Shown one piece after another: positions 17,578 through 26,861 of a stretch of DNA of 64,000 nt. The translations under genes were made by a program, and so were the position numbers. Each line of letters opens with the position of its first letter. Position 1 is the first letter of the stretch. This DNA comes from a phage, in assembly GCA_014686985.1 (NCBI GenBank), contig GCA_014686985.1_3627.1; one strand, given 5' to 3'. The notes beneath the pieces are model-generated. The model saw only the letters and a program-made list of their open reading frames with translations. It was not told the DNA's origin and did no database searches.

Positions 17578-17661
17578 AACGTGTTCCTTTTAAGGAAGAG
17601 GGAATAACTATCTCTCTTTGAAAACAATGATACTAAATCTGAAGCGTTGTGTCAACAGTTT

Positions 17662-17952
17662 TTACAGCTTGTTGTCGATAGTTTTTAAAATATCCACAGC
17701 AAGATCTGCCATTTTTCGAACATACTCTGCAAACTCAACAGGATCCTTGATCAAAGAATTCACAGGGTCGTACCCTAGAGCGTTTAAAATGGCTGCAGCA
17801 TCTACAACCTTCTCATCATTTGCGAAGATCTCTCCGTCAAACTTGTAGGTCCATTTTGAGTCAACCTTAGCAGAGCAGGGTTTGTCCATGCTTGTTACAC
17901 CATCGTCTTTAAACTCTCCTGCGTTATCAATATTTAGAATTAAATCCATCAT
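17662..17952 (-). CDS. hypothetical protein (96 aa)
   Basis: ORF track. Confidence 0.55.
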   Translation of the reverse strand: MMDLILNIDNAGEFKDDGVTSMDKPCSAKVDSKWTYKFDGEIFANDEKVVDAAAILNALGYDPVNSLIKDPVEFAEYVRKMADLAVDILKTIDNKL

Positions 17953-17969
17953 GGTGACACCTCACTGTT

Positions 17970-18368
17970 TCAGTTTAGCTTTTCTTCAACAACCCCATAA
18001 CTTGGGGCAGAGTCAAGAGCTTTCTGGTTTAAAAGTGGCGTAGCAGAATCTGCAAACGGTGTCCAAGTTTTTGTTCTGGCATTCCAGTAATGCTTCACTC
18101 TGGAATCTGGATGCACTATAACAAAAACTTTTTCACTTGTCAACACATTAATTTCTTCTACACCCTTGCTGATAATTTCTCCGTCATAGCCCCCAGTCTG
18201 GTATCCTTCGTACCAGGTTCTTGCATAGGCATAGCCAGCCTGCCAGCATGCAGCCTCCTCCGAGGTGGAGACTACGTAGAAGTCTTTCTCAAATTCTGGA
18301 ATACGCCCTTGCTTTACGCTCCAAGCCCCGCGAATTTTCATTGTAACTTTAAACAGTTTATTTTTCAC
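17970..18368 (-). CDS. hypothetical protein, paralog of 15763-16158 (132 aa)
   Basis: shared HYW / WTP / ATPLL motifs with 15763-16158. Confidence 0.6.
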   Translation of the reverse strand: MKNKLFKVTMKIRGAWSVKQGRIPEFEKDFYVVSTSEEAACWQAGYAYARTWYEGYQTGGYDGEIISKGVEEINVLTSEKVFVIVHPDSRVKHYWNARTKTWTPFADSATPLLNQKALDSAPSYGVVEEKLN

Positions 18369-18380
18369 AACGGTTACCCA

Positions 18381-18635
18381 TCACAGCTCTACAATATCTG
18401 CATCTGACCCTACCCCAAAGGCATAATAGGACTCTTCCCCGAAATAATATTCAGGTGCACCAGCGGTGATCAGGTCTGATCCCAAGATAAACACCACGTT
18501 GTGGCCTACATAACTGTGATGTTGCCGCACAGGATCATCCCACGGCAACCCTTCAAAGTATACCGCAGGAACGACCTTTCCATTCAGGAAGGATTGTCCC
18601 AAGTAGACGTTAGAATCAAGAATTTTAACCTTCAT
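18381..18635 (-). CDS. hypothetical protein, MKVK-family paralog (84 aa)
   Basis: MKVKILDS...G(S/A)DLI(T/A)AGA shared with 18625-18852 and 22178-22411. Confidence 0.6.
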   Translation of the reverse strand: MKVKILDSNVYLGQSFLNGKVVPAVYFEGLPWDDPVRQHHSYVGHNVVFILGSDLITAGAPEYYFGEESYYAFGVGSDADIVEL

Positions 18636-18852
18636 GATCGTCCTCCACTACCTCTACATCCTCACCTAGGGCAAAGTTATAGGTCCACTGACTGTCAAAG
18701 CATTCCTGAGATGCACCAGCGGCAATAAGATCTGCTCCTTTTATTTTTAAAAGGTCAGGGTAATCTTCGTTAGGGACAGCAGTAAACACTTTTCCTACTA
18801 AAGGCTCCTGACCAATATAGAAGCTTGAATCTAAAACTTTAACTTTCATCAA
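18625..18852 (-). CDS. hypothetical protein, MKVK-family paralog (75 aa)
   Basis: MMKVKVLDS...GADLIAAGAS. Confidence 0.6.
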   Translation of the reverse strand: MMKVKVLDSSFYIGQEPLVGKVFTAVPNEDYPDLLKIKGADLIAAGASQECFDSQWTYNFALGEDVEVVEDDHEG

Positions 18853-19136
18853 CGGTCTCCATCAGGTGGTTGTGGGACGTAAACACTGTTACGAATATCG
18901 TCAGCAGTGTAGTAATAAGTGGTTCCAACCCTGTCTCGGGCTGCAACGTACTCTGCTATACCAATAAGTGCCATTGATTTGGTGGCGTATCTTCCCAACT
19001 CGTTAGCTCCCCAGTAGAATTTAGACCAGTAGGGAATAAGACCGAACAAATATACCTTTTGACGAACTTCCCAGTAAGTGCCTTTTCCGACAAGTTTAAA
19101 CTCTACTTCACTACTGTTAATCTTTTTCATTATCAA
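18849..19136 (-). CDS. hypothetical protein (95 aa)
   Basis: ORF track. Confidence 0.55.
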   Translation of the reverse strand: MIMKKINSSEVEFKLVGKGTYWEVRQKVYLFGLIPYWSKFYWGANELGRYATKSMALIGIAEYVAARDRVGTTYYYTADDIRNSVYVPQPPDGDR

Positions 19137-19429
19137 TCTCCCTCTACCGTGGTCGGATTGTCAGTAAGAAATTGAGCATTGGCTGGAGGCACGCCTGACA
19201 TTTTCCACACAACCATAAGTTTGTAACCAGGCACTCTATTAAGTGCAGATCGAGTAGAGTTTGTGCACGTATACTTTCGCTTTCCAAACCCGTTCTCCAT
19301 CATAATCCAGTACCCAGTATCTTTGTCACCAGGTATCGGTAGACCACCTTCATCAACCCACTGAATGGACCACGGCACGATGGCTACAGCTTTATATTTA
19401 AACTTTTTAAACCACTCAAAAAGTTTCAT
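19133..19429 (-). CDS. hypothetical protein (98 aa)
   Basis: ORF track. Confidence 0.55.
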   Translation of the reverse strand: MKLFEWFKKFKYKAVAIVPWSIQWVDEGGLPIPGDKDTGYWIMMENGFGKRKYTCTNSTRSALNRVPGYKLMVVWKMSGVPPANAQFLTDNPTTVEGD

Positions 19430-19614
19430 AATTCAGCCTCGCTTGGCAACTCTTCTACCTTAACATGCCGAAAAGTGTTACCGTAATGGTTGATCCATGA
19501 CATCAGCTCGCTTTCTTGCTCTTCCTCTGGGATGAACTCTCGAATGCTGACAAGTTTTAAGAAAACCCAATCACAATCTGCACCCATTCTACCAGACAGG
19601 CAATAGTGCTTCAT
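19426..19614 (-). CDS. hypothetical protein (62 aa)
   Basis: ORF track; 4-nt overlaps both sides. Confidence 0.5.
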   Translation of the reverse strand: MKHYCLSGRMGADCDWVFLKLVSIREFIPEEEQESELMSWINHYGNTFRHVKVEELPSEAEL

Positions 19615-19632
19615 AAAACCCTCCTGCCCGGT

Positions 19633-19827
19633 TTAGAATATTGCTTCTTCCATTGCGCCTGAGAGCAACAAAGAGGTGATCTGGCTAACATTCATCTCAG
19701 ACTCTACTTCCTCCCCTTTGAAAGGTTCGCGGCAGAATAGGACTGTTTCAGGACTTTTACTTCGAACAATATAATACAAATCATTCAATGTGTTGTAGTA
19801 ATAAGTGTTAAAACGTAAGTTTTTCAT
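19633..19827 (-). CDS. hypothetical protein (64 aa)
   Basis: ORF track. Confidence 0.5.
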   Translation of the reverse strand: MKNLRFNTYYYNTLNDLYYIVRSKSPETVLFCREPFKGEEVESEMNVSQITSLLLSGAMEEAIF

Positions 19828-20111
19828 TTTCTAGTCCTCTTCTTAGATTTTTGGGGAGAAACGCTTTCTGCAATACGAGACAGACGTTCTTCTGAAGCCT
19901 TACCTACTCCAGGTTTTTTGAGTGGATTATCTTTATGACTACAATCCAACCGGATATTGGATACCTCTCCAACTTTGTAAGTCAATTCTAGCAAAAGGTT
20001 GTCGTCCTTGTCAAATGTTTTTACGATAAATTTTTTATCGTTCTCCTGAACTTCATATCTGGTACCTGCAGTATACAGCATGGTGCCATCAGCATAGGAT
20101 ATCCAGATCAT
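19824..20111 (-). CDS. hypothetical protein (95 aa)
   Basis: ORF track; basic C-terminus. Confidence 0.55.
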   Translation of the reverse strand: MIWISYADGTMLYTAGTRYEVQENDKKFIVKTFDKDDNLLLELTYKVGEVSNIRLDCSHKDNPLKKPGVGKASEERLSRIAESVSPQKSKKRTRK

Positions 20112-20455
20112 TGAGCCTCCTTTTGCTGCAACAGCATTAACTCTTTGTTAGAGATCTTTACTGCTGTTTTTATTGTTCCATCTTCACGAAACCACGACCA
20201 GAACTCTACAGTGTCACCACTATCAAGTAAAGCATGCCCATGGTAAAAATCTTTGTCCTTAGACAGTTTCTCATCTATATCTGCATCAACACATTCGTGA
20301 TCCATAGCATTTTGCCTGAACGCATCGGTTATGCCAATGCACGCCTTGCTCTCAAGACTGGTATATCCGATATCTTTTAATTCAGTTTCCCAAGTCCAGT
20401 ACCCTATAAAAGCTAAAACAGCTACCCACAGTAATAACGTTTTAATCTTTGGCAT
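20108..20455 (-). CDS. hypothetical exported/membrane-anchored protein (115 aa)
   Basis: N-terminal hydrophobic LLLWVAVLAFIGYW. Confidence 0.55.
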   Translation of the reverse strand: MPKIKTLLLWVAVLAFIGYWTWETELKDIGYTSLESKACIGITDAFRQNAMDHECVDADIDEKLSKDKDFYHGHALLDSGDTVEFWSWFREDGTIKTAVKISNKELMLLQQKEAQ

Positions 20456-20517
20456 TCTCTCTACCTCTTTCTTAGTTTATTTCACTATGGCACATCCTTT
20501 GTGCCATATCTCAACTA

Positions 20518-20988
20518 CTACTTAAATAGTAGTTCAAAATAGTGCAAAATTAACAGAAGTTGAACTACACCTAGTGCAACGGCGAGTATGTTAATCTTAG
20601 AATCGAAAAACTTCTTAACTTTTACTCTAAAAGGTTCCTTAATGTCCTTTACGATCCTATCTATAGATGACCTCATATCTCTGATTACCATCCTGAACAT
20701 TAAAGACGGATGCTCCCCCATCTCTGTAACGGAATCGAAAACATACTCTCTTCGGTCATAAGGGCCGCCAGCTCTGCGTATTAACCTCTCCACAGAGACC
20801 TCGAACGTCACACCTGTAACGTAATCATCTATAACAAGTCGTGACGGGTCTTTACCTTTACTATCAAGAGGTATCAAAGTTATCTTTCCAGATTTTGTTA
20901 AAATTTCCCCTTTTTCAAGCAAGGTGTACCAATGCTCTCTGCCAAGACTGTTGAGGCACGTTTTTACATATTTAACAAACATCGTCAC
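20518..20988 (-). CDS. hypothetical protein with C-terminal TM helix (156 aa)
   Basis: ORF track; C-terminal ILAVALGVVQLLLILHYF. Confidence 0.55.
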   Translation of the reverse strand: MTMFVKYVKTCLNSLGREHWYTLLEKGEILTKSGKITLIPLDSKGKDPSRLVIDDYVTGVTFEVSVERLIRRAGGPYDRREYVFDSVTEMGEHPSLMFRMVIRDMRSSIDRIVKDIKEPFRVKVKKFFDSKINILAVALGVVQLLLILHYFELLFK

Positions 20989-21170
20989 CCCTCATCGCAC
21001 GTCTGATATAACCACTCTATAAAATCTTGATACCATTCGCCCTCTGAGCGCTCCGTAGGCCAATAATCTTCACCCTCTCGTGCATTAAAATCTGAGTATT
21101 CAACTTTCCACTCCTTTACCAGCTCGTGGAGAAGGTTTTCAGCCTGCTCTAAAGATTTATTTTTTACCAT
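20985..21170 (-). CDS. hypothetical acidic protein (61 aa)
   Basis: start placed at ATG (MVKNKSLEQ...) after AAAAAGGAGACAGCA RBS. Confidence 0.5.
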   Translation of the reverse strand: MVKNKSLEQAENLLHELVKEWKVEYSDFNAREGEDYWPTERSEGEWYQDFIEWLYQTCDEG

Positions 21171-21264
21171 TGCTGTCTCCTTTTTCAAGATAGTTATACA
21201 TCAGAACTGCACTACCTAAGATGGCTACCAGTAACAATATCCCAGATAGCATCTCAATAAACAT
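21157..21264 (-). CDS. small transmembrane peptide (35 aa)
   Basis: hand-traced MFIEMLSGILLLVAILGSAVLMYNYLEKGDSNGKK; no clear RBS, so weak. Confidence 0.3.
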   Translation of the reverse strand: MFIEMLSGILLLVAILGSAVLMYNYLEKGDSNGKK

Positions 21265-21389
21265 GGCTTGAAACACTGGAAGGTCTCCCTAAATTAACGC
21301 ACCATTTTAAATACATGCTCTTTTCCCATAAAGGTGCCTGGCTAAGATCTGCGTAGAACGCAATCTCTTTAAGAACAGTATAGATAGTT

Positions 21390-21617
21390 TTAGGTGCGGT
21401 CTCCATCCCTACTCTCCTTCCTGATATTCTTGTAGTAATCAACTAGGCACATTATTACGATGAAGATAACAACAGGCCAAAAAGGTGCAGCAGTGATGAT
21501 GGTGATAAAATCATCAAACTTCACCCTTCGTCTGGACACGATGCATACACCTGTCAAGAATACCGCTGTTATAACGGACATTACCAGGTAACCTATTAGC
21601 ACAACATTTATACTCAT
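21390..21617 (-). CDS. hypothetical two-TM membrane protein (75 aa)
   Basis: two hydrophobic helices and charged C-terminus (holin-like topology, not adjacent to the endolysin). Confidence 0.5.
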   Translation of the reverse strand: MSINVVLIGYLVMSVITAVFLTGVCIVSRRRVKFDDFITIITAAPFWPVVIFIVIMCLVDYYKNIRKESRDGDRT

Positions 21618-21647
21618 TGGTCCTCCCTTTGTAGGTTAAATTGTATA

Positions 21648-22181
21648 CTACAAATGGTCGCTGAGGGTGTCAAGAAAATTATCCCGTTCTTTCTCAGAGT
21701 TTTCATGTGTGTAGCTGAAAAACATATCGAGAATAACCTTATTGATATATTCCAGCTCCTCTGTGTTCAGATGCTTAGCAGGATCTACAATGACATCCCA
21801 AATATCATACAGACCACACTCATGATACCCATAACGCCACTCAATTGTCAAGCTGAGCGGCAAATCTTTACCTTCACAAACAACCTTCCATCTACATATG
21901 TTGGTATCTGGTCGTACCTGTGCACGGTACACCTGCACAAAATCCAATTTGAATTTGAGGTACTCGTCATACAATTTAAGCACAAAGCTCTCGATTTGTG
22001 GAGACACTTTTGCAGCAAACTGTGCGTATTTGTACTTGCACTGGATGATCTTTCTGCGTTTTGCAGTTAAATTTTTTGCCGCCAGTTGTTCTTCAGTGTA
22101 TCTCCACCTACGATCAACAAACGCAACAGGGTCTTTGTCCCCATAGAGGTCTTCCCAGTTAATCAGAAGCATACCTGTCAC
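21648..22181 (-). CDS. hypothetical protein (177 aa)
   Basis: ORF track. Confidence 0.6.
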   Translation of the reverse strand: MTGMLLINWEDLYGDKDPVAFVDRRWRYTEEQLAAKNLTAKRRKIIQCKYKYAQFAAKVSPQIESFVLKLYDEYLKFKLDFVQVYRAQVRPDTNICRWKVVCEGKDLPLSLTIEWRYGYHECGLYDIWDVIVDPAKHLNTEELEYINKVILDMFFSYTHENSEKERDNFLDTLSDHL

Positions 22182-22411
22182 TCCTCCACAACTTCAAGGC
22201 CTTTACCGCCTCGCTCTGGCAGATTACTTAAAGATAGGTAATACATATAATCAGGAGAGATCCTGCCAGACTCTGCACCTGCAGCTAGTAAATCCTTCCC
22301 TTTAACCAGGACAACATTCTCGTTTGCAGATAGCCGTTTTGCTTCCACAATTTTACCAACACAGTCAACCAAGGAAGGGTACCCTAAATCTGTAAGAAAT
22401 TTAACTTTCAT
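22178..22411 (-). CDS. hypothetical protein, MKVK-family paralog (77 aa)
   Basis: MKVKFLTDL...GKDLLAAGAESG. Confidence 0.6.
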   Translation of the reverse strand: MKVKFLTDLGYPSLVDCVGKIVEAKRLSANENVVLVKGKDLLAAGAESGRISPDYMYYLSLSNLPERGGKGLEVVEE

Positions 22412-22448
22412 GCTACCTCCTACCTACCGTCCCTGGTAAGATAAATTA

Positions 22449-22847
22449 TTACTGAACAGAGCGCGGTGCTGGGAAGGATAACTCTTCTAAAGAGAAGATT
22501 TCATTTCCTACCACCCAAGTTGCTGGGTCATCTGGATCAACAGGTTGGATAATCATTACCTCATCCGCCTCGCACACACGTTTCCCACCCATAGTAGCGT
22601 CAGCCACTAACATACGCGGCTCTTCAGAAATGCACAGGTAGCCACCTCGGCCCACTGTTCCTTCCACGGGATCCTGCCCTTTGACCACAATGAATACCTT
22701 CTCTCCTGTGGAGATATTACTTTTCACACTAACAGTTTGACCAACTTTAGATGTACCGATCTTGGTGGCTTCAAACATTAAATCCCGAATTACTGTTGCA
22801 TAGTTGCCGGACACTTTCTTACCTTCTTTAGTAATCTCAATCTTCAT
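22449..22847 (-). CDS. hypothetical protein (132 aa)
   Basis: ORF track; MKIEITKEG N-terminus. Confidence 0.55.
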   Translation of the reverse strand: MKIEITKEGKKVSGNYATVIRDLMFEATKIGTSKVGQTVSVKSNISTGEKVFIVVKGQDPVEGTVGRGGYLCISEEPRMLVADATMGGKRVCEADEVMIIQPVDPDDPATWVVGNEIFSLEELSFPAPRSVQ

Positions 22848-23116
22848 AATCTAGGCTCCTTAAATGAATCTATGTAATCAATTAAATCCCAAGCATCGCG
22901 ATGGGCTGTCAGAGGGTATACTTCTCCGAGAGGGATCATAGCAATAAGTCTATCAAAAACCCAGTCTGGACGCAACATTTTATGGTGATATTCCCACTCA
23001 CCTTCCACAGATTTTTTCTGAGTGATCAGGATCTCTGTGTAGTGTTTCGCCTGTCTTGAGTAGATTGAAAATGACTTGTACATAAATGACCCCTCTTGTT
23101 GAAAACAACAATACAC
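22844..23116 (-). CDS. hypothetical protein (90 aa)
   Basis: ORF track. Confidence 0.55.
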   Translation of the reverse strand: MYCCFQQEGSFMYKSFSIYSRQAKHYTEILITQKKSVEGEWEYHHKMLRPDWVFDRLIAMIPLGEVYPLTAHRDAWDLIDYIDSFKEPRL

Positions 23117-23118
23117 AA

Positions 23119-23403
23119 CTACCAGGTTACTGTCAAGTAGGCAACCGTATTATTTTTCTCTGGGGAGATGCCAACAACATCTACCTGCAGACCTCCTGCC
23201 CTTAAATCTCCAACAATGTGCGGGAAGTAATCTGAGAGATGCGAGGGTAGATTTATCGAAAATCCGCACCCCAGAAAGCCTGCTAACGCTTTATTTTGTA
23301 TCTCCCCTACAATCGCATCATAAATGGAGTTAAGCTCGTCAGGGAGCGTTACAGGGCGTTTTAGCGCTAGCTGGTGTAATTTGTCCTTAGCACTCATTTT
23401 CAT
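23119..23403 (-). CDS. hypothetical protein (94 aa)
   Basis: start placed at ATG overlapping the methyltransferase stop (ATGA overlap). Confidence 0.5.
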   Translation of the reverse strand: MKMSAKDKLHQLALKRPVTLPDELNSIYDAIVGEIQNKALAGFLGCGFSINLPSHLSDYFPHIVGDLRAGGLQVDVVGISPEKNNTVAYLTVTW

Positions 23404-23933
23404 TTCAGGTCTACCTCTGGGGGTGCCAACCACATAAACGGCGGCAAGTCTAAACGGTTTTTCTTATCCCACACAAAATATGCATATGCTTGCCCGTCAG
23501 TTCTGCCGTTTGATTGAAATGATGGACGCTTAGATATTGTGATCACAGTAGTAGGTGCATTATCAAGCCACCATTCAAATCTGGCTTTGCTTTCCAGAAA
23601 ATTAAGACGCAAAAGCATAATAACTACGTCAGCATCTTTCAACGCCTTGTCTACAAACTCACGAGCCAGGCTGTATGGTGGGTTGGTGATAATACAGTCA
23701 ACATGGTTGTATTCTGTATTCAGATAGTCAACACCTTCTTGTATTTCTCCCCATGCAGATCCTAACGGCATACGGGAGTAGAACACACCTGAGGCACTAT
23801 TCCTGCAAGGCTCTAAGTAGGTCCAGTCTTCTGGGAACGGAATAAGGTCATACAGCCCTTCTGCACACCACTCCGGTGTCACATACTCATCGTAGGCGTT
23901 ACGTTGTTCATCAGGTTTTCTAGCACAAGTCAT
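23400..23933 (-). CDS. DNA N6-adenine methyltransferase (177 aa)
   Basis: catalytic motif IV NPPY in DCIITNPPYSLA. Confidence 0.65.
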   Translation of the reverse strand: MTCARKPDEQRNAYDEYVTPEWCAEGLYDLIPFPEDWTYLEPCRNSASGVFYSRMPLGSAWGEIQEGVDYLNTEYNHVDCIITNPPYSLAREFVDKALKDADVVIMLLRLNFLESKARFEWWLDNAPTTVITISKRPSFQSNGRTDGQAYAYFVWDKKNRLDLPPFMWLAPPEVDLK

Positions 23934-23984
23934 GCAAATCTCCAGATCATAAAAGCCCTCCGAAGAGGGCTTTAGAATTGATGT

Positions 23985-25034
23985 TTAAGCTTCTTCGACA
24001 ATTCCTGCACCCAGGATTTTTTCATTGAGCTCTTTTGCTGTTTTAATAATATTGTCCACCAGACGCTTGCGAGTCTTATCTTTCACCTTAACCTCTTCAC
24101 CGCCGTTCAGAGTAGTCTTCAATTGAGACAGAATATCCTGAAGTTCAACGACAGAGAATCTCTGCAGATCTTCTGAAGTAATCTCACCCAGGGCAATTCT
24201 GACGGTCTCGCCACTCTCCATCTGCAGATTCAGGAACACAGTGTGAACATCACCTTTCGAACCACCCGCTTTTGCAGATTCAACAGCATGAACTAACTCA
24301 TCTAAAGATGTGCACTGGTGAATCTCCGGAAGACCTGCTTCACCTAACACGCCTTCTTCATCACCTTTTGCCAGAAGCTTTTTCGGTTTTTGTCCGTTCT
24401 GGATGCGTTGTATGTTGCCTTCATCCAGAATAATAGCTCCAGTGCGTGCTGCCAGCTCTTCTCCGTCCAACCACACTTCGCCACCAGCTGTGATGGATGC
24501 GATCTCATCTTCTGTCAGCACCCCACCGTAGTATTTTTCGATCAGGCGTTCAAAACGTTTTTTCCAGTAGCTGACCTGAGTATTCATGTTCACACCGTTA
24601 CCATAAGTGCCACCTTGATAGTAGTGGAACATAAACTCTGTGTCCGGAGCCACAGTACGTTCTTTACAACCAAGCCATAAGATTGTTCCAGCAGAGCAGC
24701 ACATCCCTTCAGCATGTGCAACAACGCTTGCCTGAGACTCTCGGAATGCCTGCAGATAAGCCATTGCAATGTGCACGCAACCCCCAGGGCTATTGATGAT
24801 CACCCGAATGCTTTCTTCCGGCTGAGCCATACGGATCGTCTGCAGACGAGACATATGATCTTGTAAGTCTTCCAAATCGTCGATATAAAGAACGTGGTCA
24901 ACAACAGGTGTTGGGTAGCTGTATGTTTCCATGATACCGCCCGGCATACCAAACATTTTATTACTCATAGGTTCGAAACCGTTCTGTTTTTCTTTCATGC
25001 CGTGTACCATGGTTCTGCGAGGTGTTAAATTCAT
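23985..25034 (-). CDS. ClpP-like serine protease (S14 family; candidate prohead protease) with C-terminal extension
   Basis: INSPGGCVH...AEGMCCSAGTILW resembles the ClpP core around the active-site Ser. Confidence 0.6.
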   Translation of the reverse strand: MNLTPRRTMVHGMKEKQNGFEPMSNKMFGMPGGIMETYSYPTPVVDHVLYIDDLEDLQDHMSRLQTIRMAQPEESIRVIINSPGGCVHIAMAYLQAFRESQASVVAHAEGMCCSAGTILWLGCKERTVAPDTEFMFHYYQGGTYGNGVNMNTQVSYWKKRFERLIEKYYGGVLTEDEIASITAGGEVWLDGEELAARTGAIILDEGNIQRIQNGQKPKKLLAKGDEEGVLGEAGLPEIHQCTSLDELVHAVESAKAGGSKGDVHTVFLNLQMESGETVRIALGEITSEDLQRFSVVELQDILSQLKTTLNGGEEVKVKDKTRKRLVDNIIKTAKELNEKILGAGIVEEA

Positions 25035-25094
25035 GAGAAATCCTTAATATTTGAAGTTGAAAGCTATTTATTTAAACCTGATTCACATTTACCT

Positions 25095-25406
25095 TTATTT
25101 AGCAATCACTATGGAATACTTACGATTGTCAGAAGCATCACAACTCAATGATTGCCAGTCTACCACATACCACGTATCATTGTCAACAATTACTTTATCG
25201 CCTGTTCTGTAGCAAGTGCTGCTTTCAATAATTCGAGACTCGATAAAGAATCTGTGTCGGCGCTCACGTAGCAACGCTAAGTTAATTATATTACCACCGC
25301 TGTCCTTGGTCCACACATTCTTGGATCCCTTATTTGCCAAAATTGTCTCACCGTTATAGACAAACAGGCAGTATATTTTATTCAGTTTCTCTTGTATTGT
25401 AGCCAT
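25095..25406 (-). CDS. hypothetical protein (103 aa)
   Basis: ORF track. Confidence 0.55.
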   Translation of the reverse strand: MATIQEKLNKIYCLFVYNGETILANKGSKNVWTKDSGGNIINLALLRERRHRFFIESRIIESSTCYRTGDKVIVDNDTWYVVDWQSLSCDASDNRKYSIVIAK

Positions 25407-25509
25407 ACTGTCCTTCTCTCTGTTTTGTCCGATAATAATATATCTAAAGCTTACCTATTTGTCAACAACTGTTTTAGATATTTAAGGGTGGAATAACCAC
25501 CCTTCTGTA

Positions 25510-26298
25510 TTACTCGGAAACAGGGGTCCAAATATGATTTGCACGATCCTCAATAAGATTGAGTGCGATCTGACGACCCAACCCAGAACGAACGACATCG
25601 TCTGGACTATCAAAGCTGATCATTCCAACCTCAGGATCTGGATGACGAGTAAAGAAATCCGTCACCCATGCAAGGCCAGATTTACCAGGGATGTCACGTT
25701 GGCTATTATCACCCATAATTACAAGGGTGGCTTGATCAGAGATCCTTGTGATAATTGACAACATTTCTTCAGGGTTAGTTTGCTGTGCCTCGTCAATCAG
25801 GACAAAGCATCGCTCATCGAAACTACGACCACGAATGCTTTCAACTTCACAAATCTCGATACGGCTGTTCTGACCGTCTCCCAGCATTGCGGCAAAAGCA
25901 CCTTTGCCAACACGACGACAAATCGTGTCCATCATGCTTCGAAGATAGGGCCACAGTTTCTGCGTTGCATTTCCAGGTTTAAATCCTGAAGTCTTTCCTG
26001 TCTGAACGTAAGGACGTGCAACAATAATCTTATCAATCTCGTTCTTACGCAGAAGATCACCTGCATATGCAGATGCCATGAATGTCTTACCGGATCCAAA
26101 CACACCGTTTACAATAATAATCTTACGTGACCCTAGATAATCAAGATACTTTTGCTGCTTCTTATTCATTGGTCGGAGAGCTGGAGCGGTGTGCTCTCTT
26201 TCGTCAGCAAATTTCTCAGCAGCCTTACGCAGGCGATCAGATTTGCGAGCCTCTCTAGCTTCATCACGCATGCGTTTTGTTTCTTTAGCTCGACCCAT
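25510..26298 (-). CDS. phoH: PhoH-like ATPase
   Basis: Walker A GVFGSGKTF and Walker B-like VLIDEAQ. Confidence 0.8.
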   Translation of the reverse strand: MGRAKETKRMRDEAREARKSDRLRKAAEKFADEREHTAPALRPMNKKQQKYLDYLGSRKIIIVNGVFGSGKTFMASAYAGDLLRKNEIDKIIVARPYVQTGKTSGFKPGNATQKLWPYLRSMMDTICRRVGKGAFAAMLGDGQNSRIEICEVESIRGRSFDERCFVLIDEAQQTNPEEMLSIITRISDQATLVIMGDNSQRDIPGKSGLAWVTDFFTRHPDPEVGMISFDSPDDVVRSGLGRQIALNLIEDRANHIWTPVSE

Positions 26299-26336
26299 GT
26301 TGGGACTCCTTTCAGATTGAGATGTGCCAAGTACTT

Positions 26337-26687
26337 TTACTGCAACAGTTTTTCAATAGCCGCTTCCATGCTGCTTGCAACAGCCTGAACTCGGATATTC
26401 ATCTCTTCTTGGTGGATCAGCTCCTTAAGCTCTTTAATGGTAAATTCTTTAGAGAAACCTTCCACCATAATCTTGTGTAAGGCTTCTTGCGTATCTACTT
26501 GCAAGAACTTTTCCAGTTTGTTGGCAGAGGCTTCTAAATCAGCCCGAATGCGAGGGTCATCTGTGCGATTCAGCATTAGGCGTAAGCCATCAAGATTAGT
26601 AGAAATAGCGTCTGCATGTTGAGTAACTAACCGTGGCAAAATGAGATCTACAAACTTATTAGCCAAATCGATACGTTCTTGTGTCAC
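26337..26687 (-). CDS. hypothetical protein (116 aa)
   Basis: ORF track; GTG start at 26687, alternative internal ATG possible. Confidence 0.5.
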   Translation of the reverse strand: MTQERIDLANKFVDLILPRLVTQHADAISTNLDGLRLMLNRTDDPRIRADLEASANKLEKFLQVDTQEALHKIMVEGFSKEFTIKELKELIHQEEMNIRVQAVASSMEAAIEKLLQ

Positions 26688-26797
26688 TGTTGCACCCCCT
26701 CTTCATCCTCATGATGTTTCTTTTCACGCTTGTGTTTTTTCTTGAGCTCAAGCGCAATTTCTTTTTTGTACGCCTTCTTCAAGGCTTTTTTAGCCAT
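26684..26797 (-). CDS. small lysine-rich basic protein (37 aa)
   Basis: hand-traced MAKKALKKAYKKEIALELKKKHKREKKHHEDEEGVQQ; RBS GAGGAGGTG upstream. Confidence 0.4.
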   Translation of the reverse strand: MAKKALKKAYKKEIALELKKKHKREKKHHEDEEGVQQ

Positions 26798-26861
26798 TTG
26801 GCACCTCCTCTGCTTTCATTTTACGATAATTATACCTATCTAAACAAAGCTTTGTCAACAG

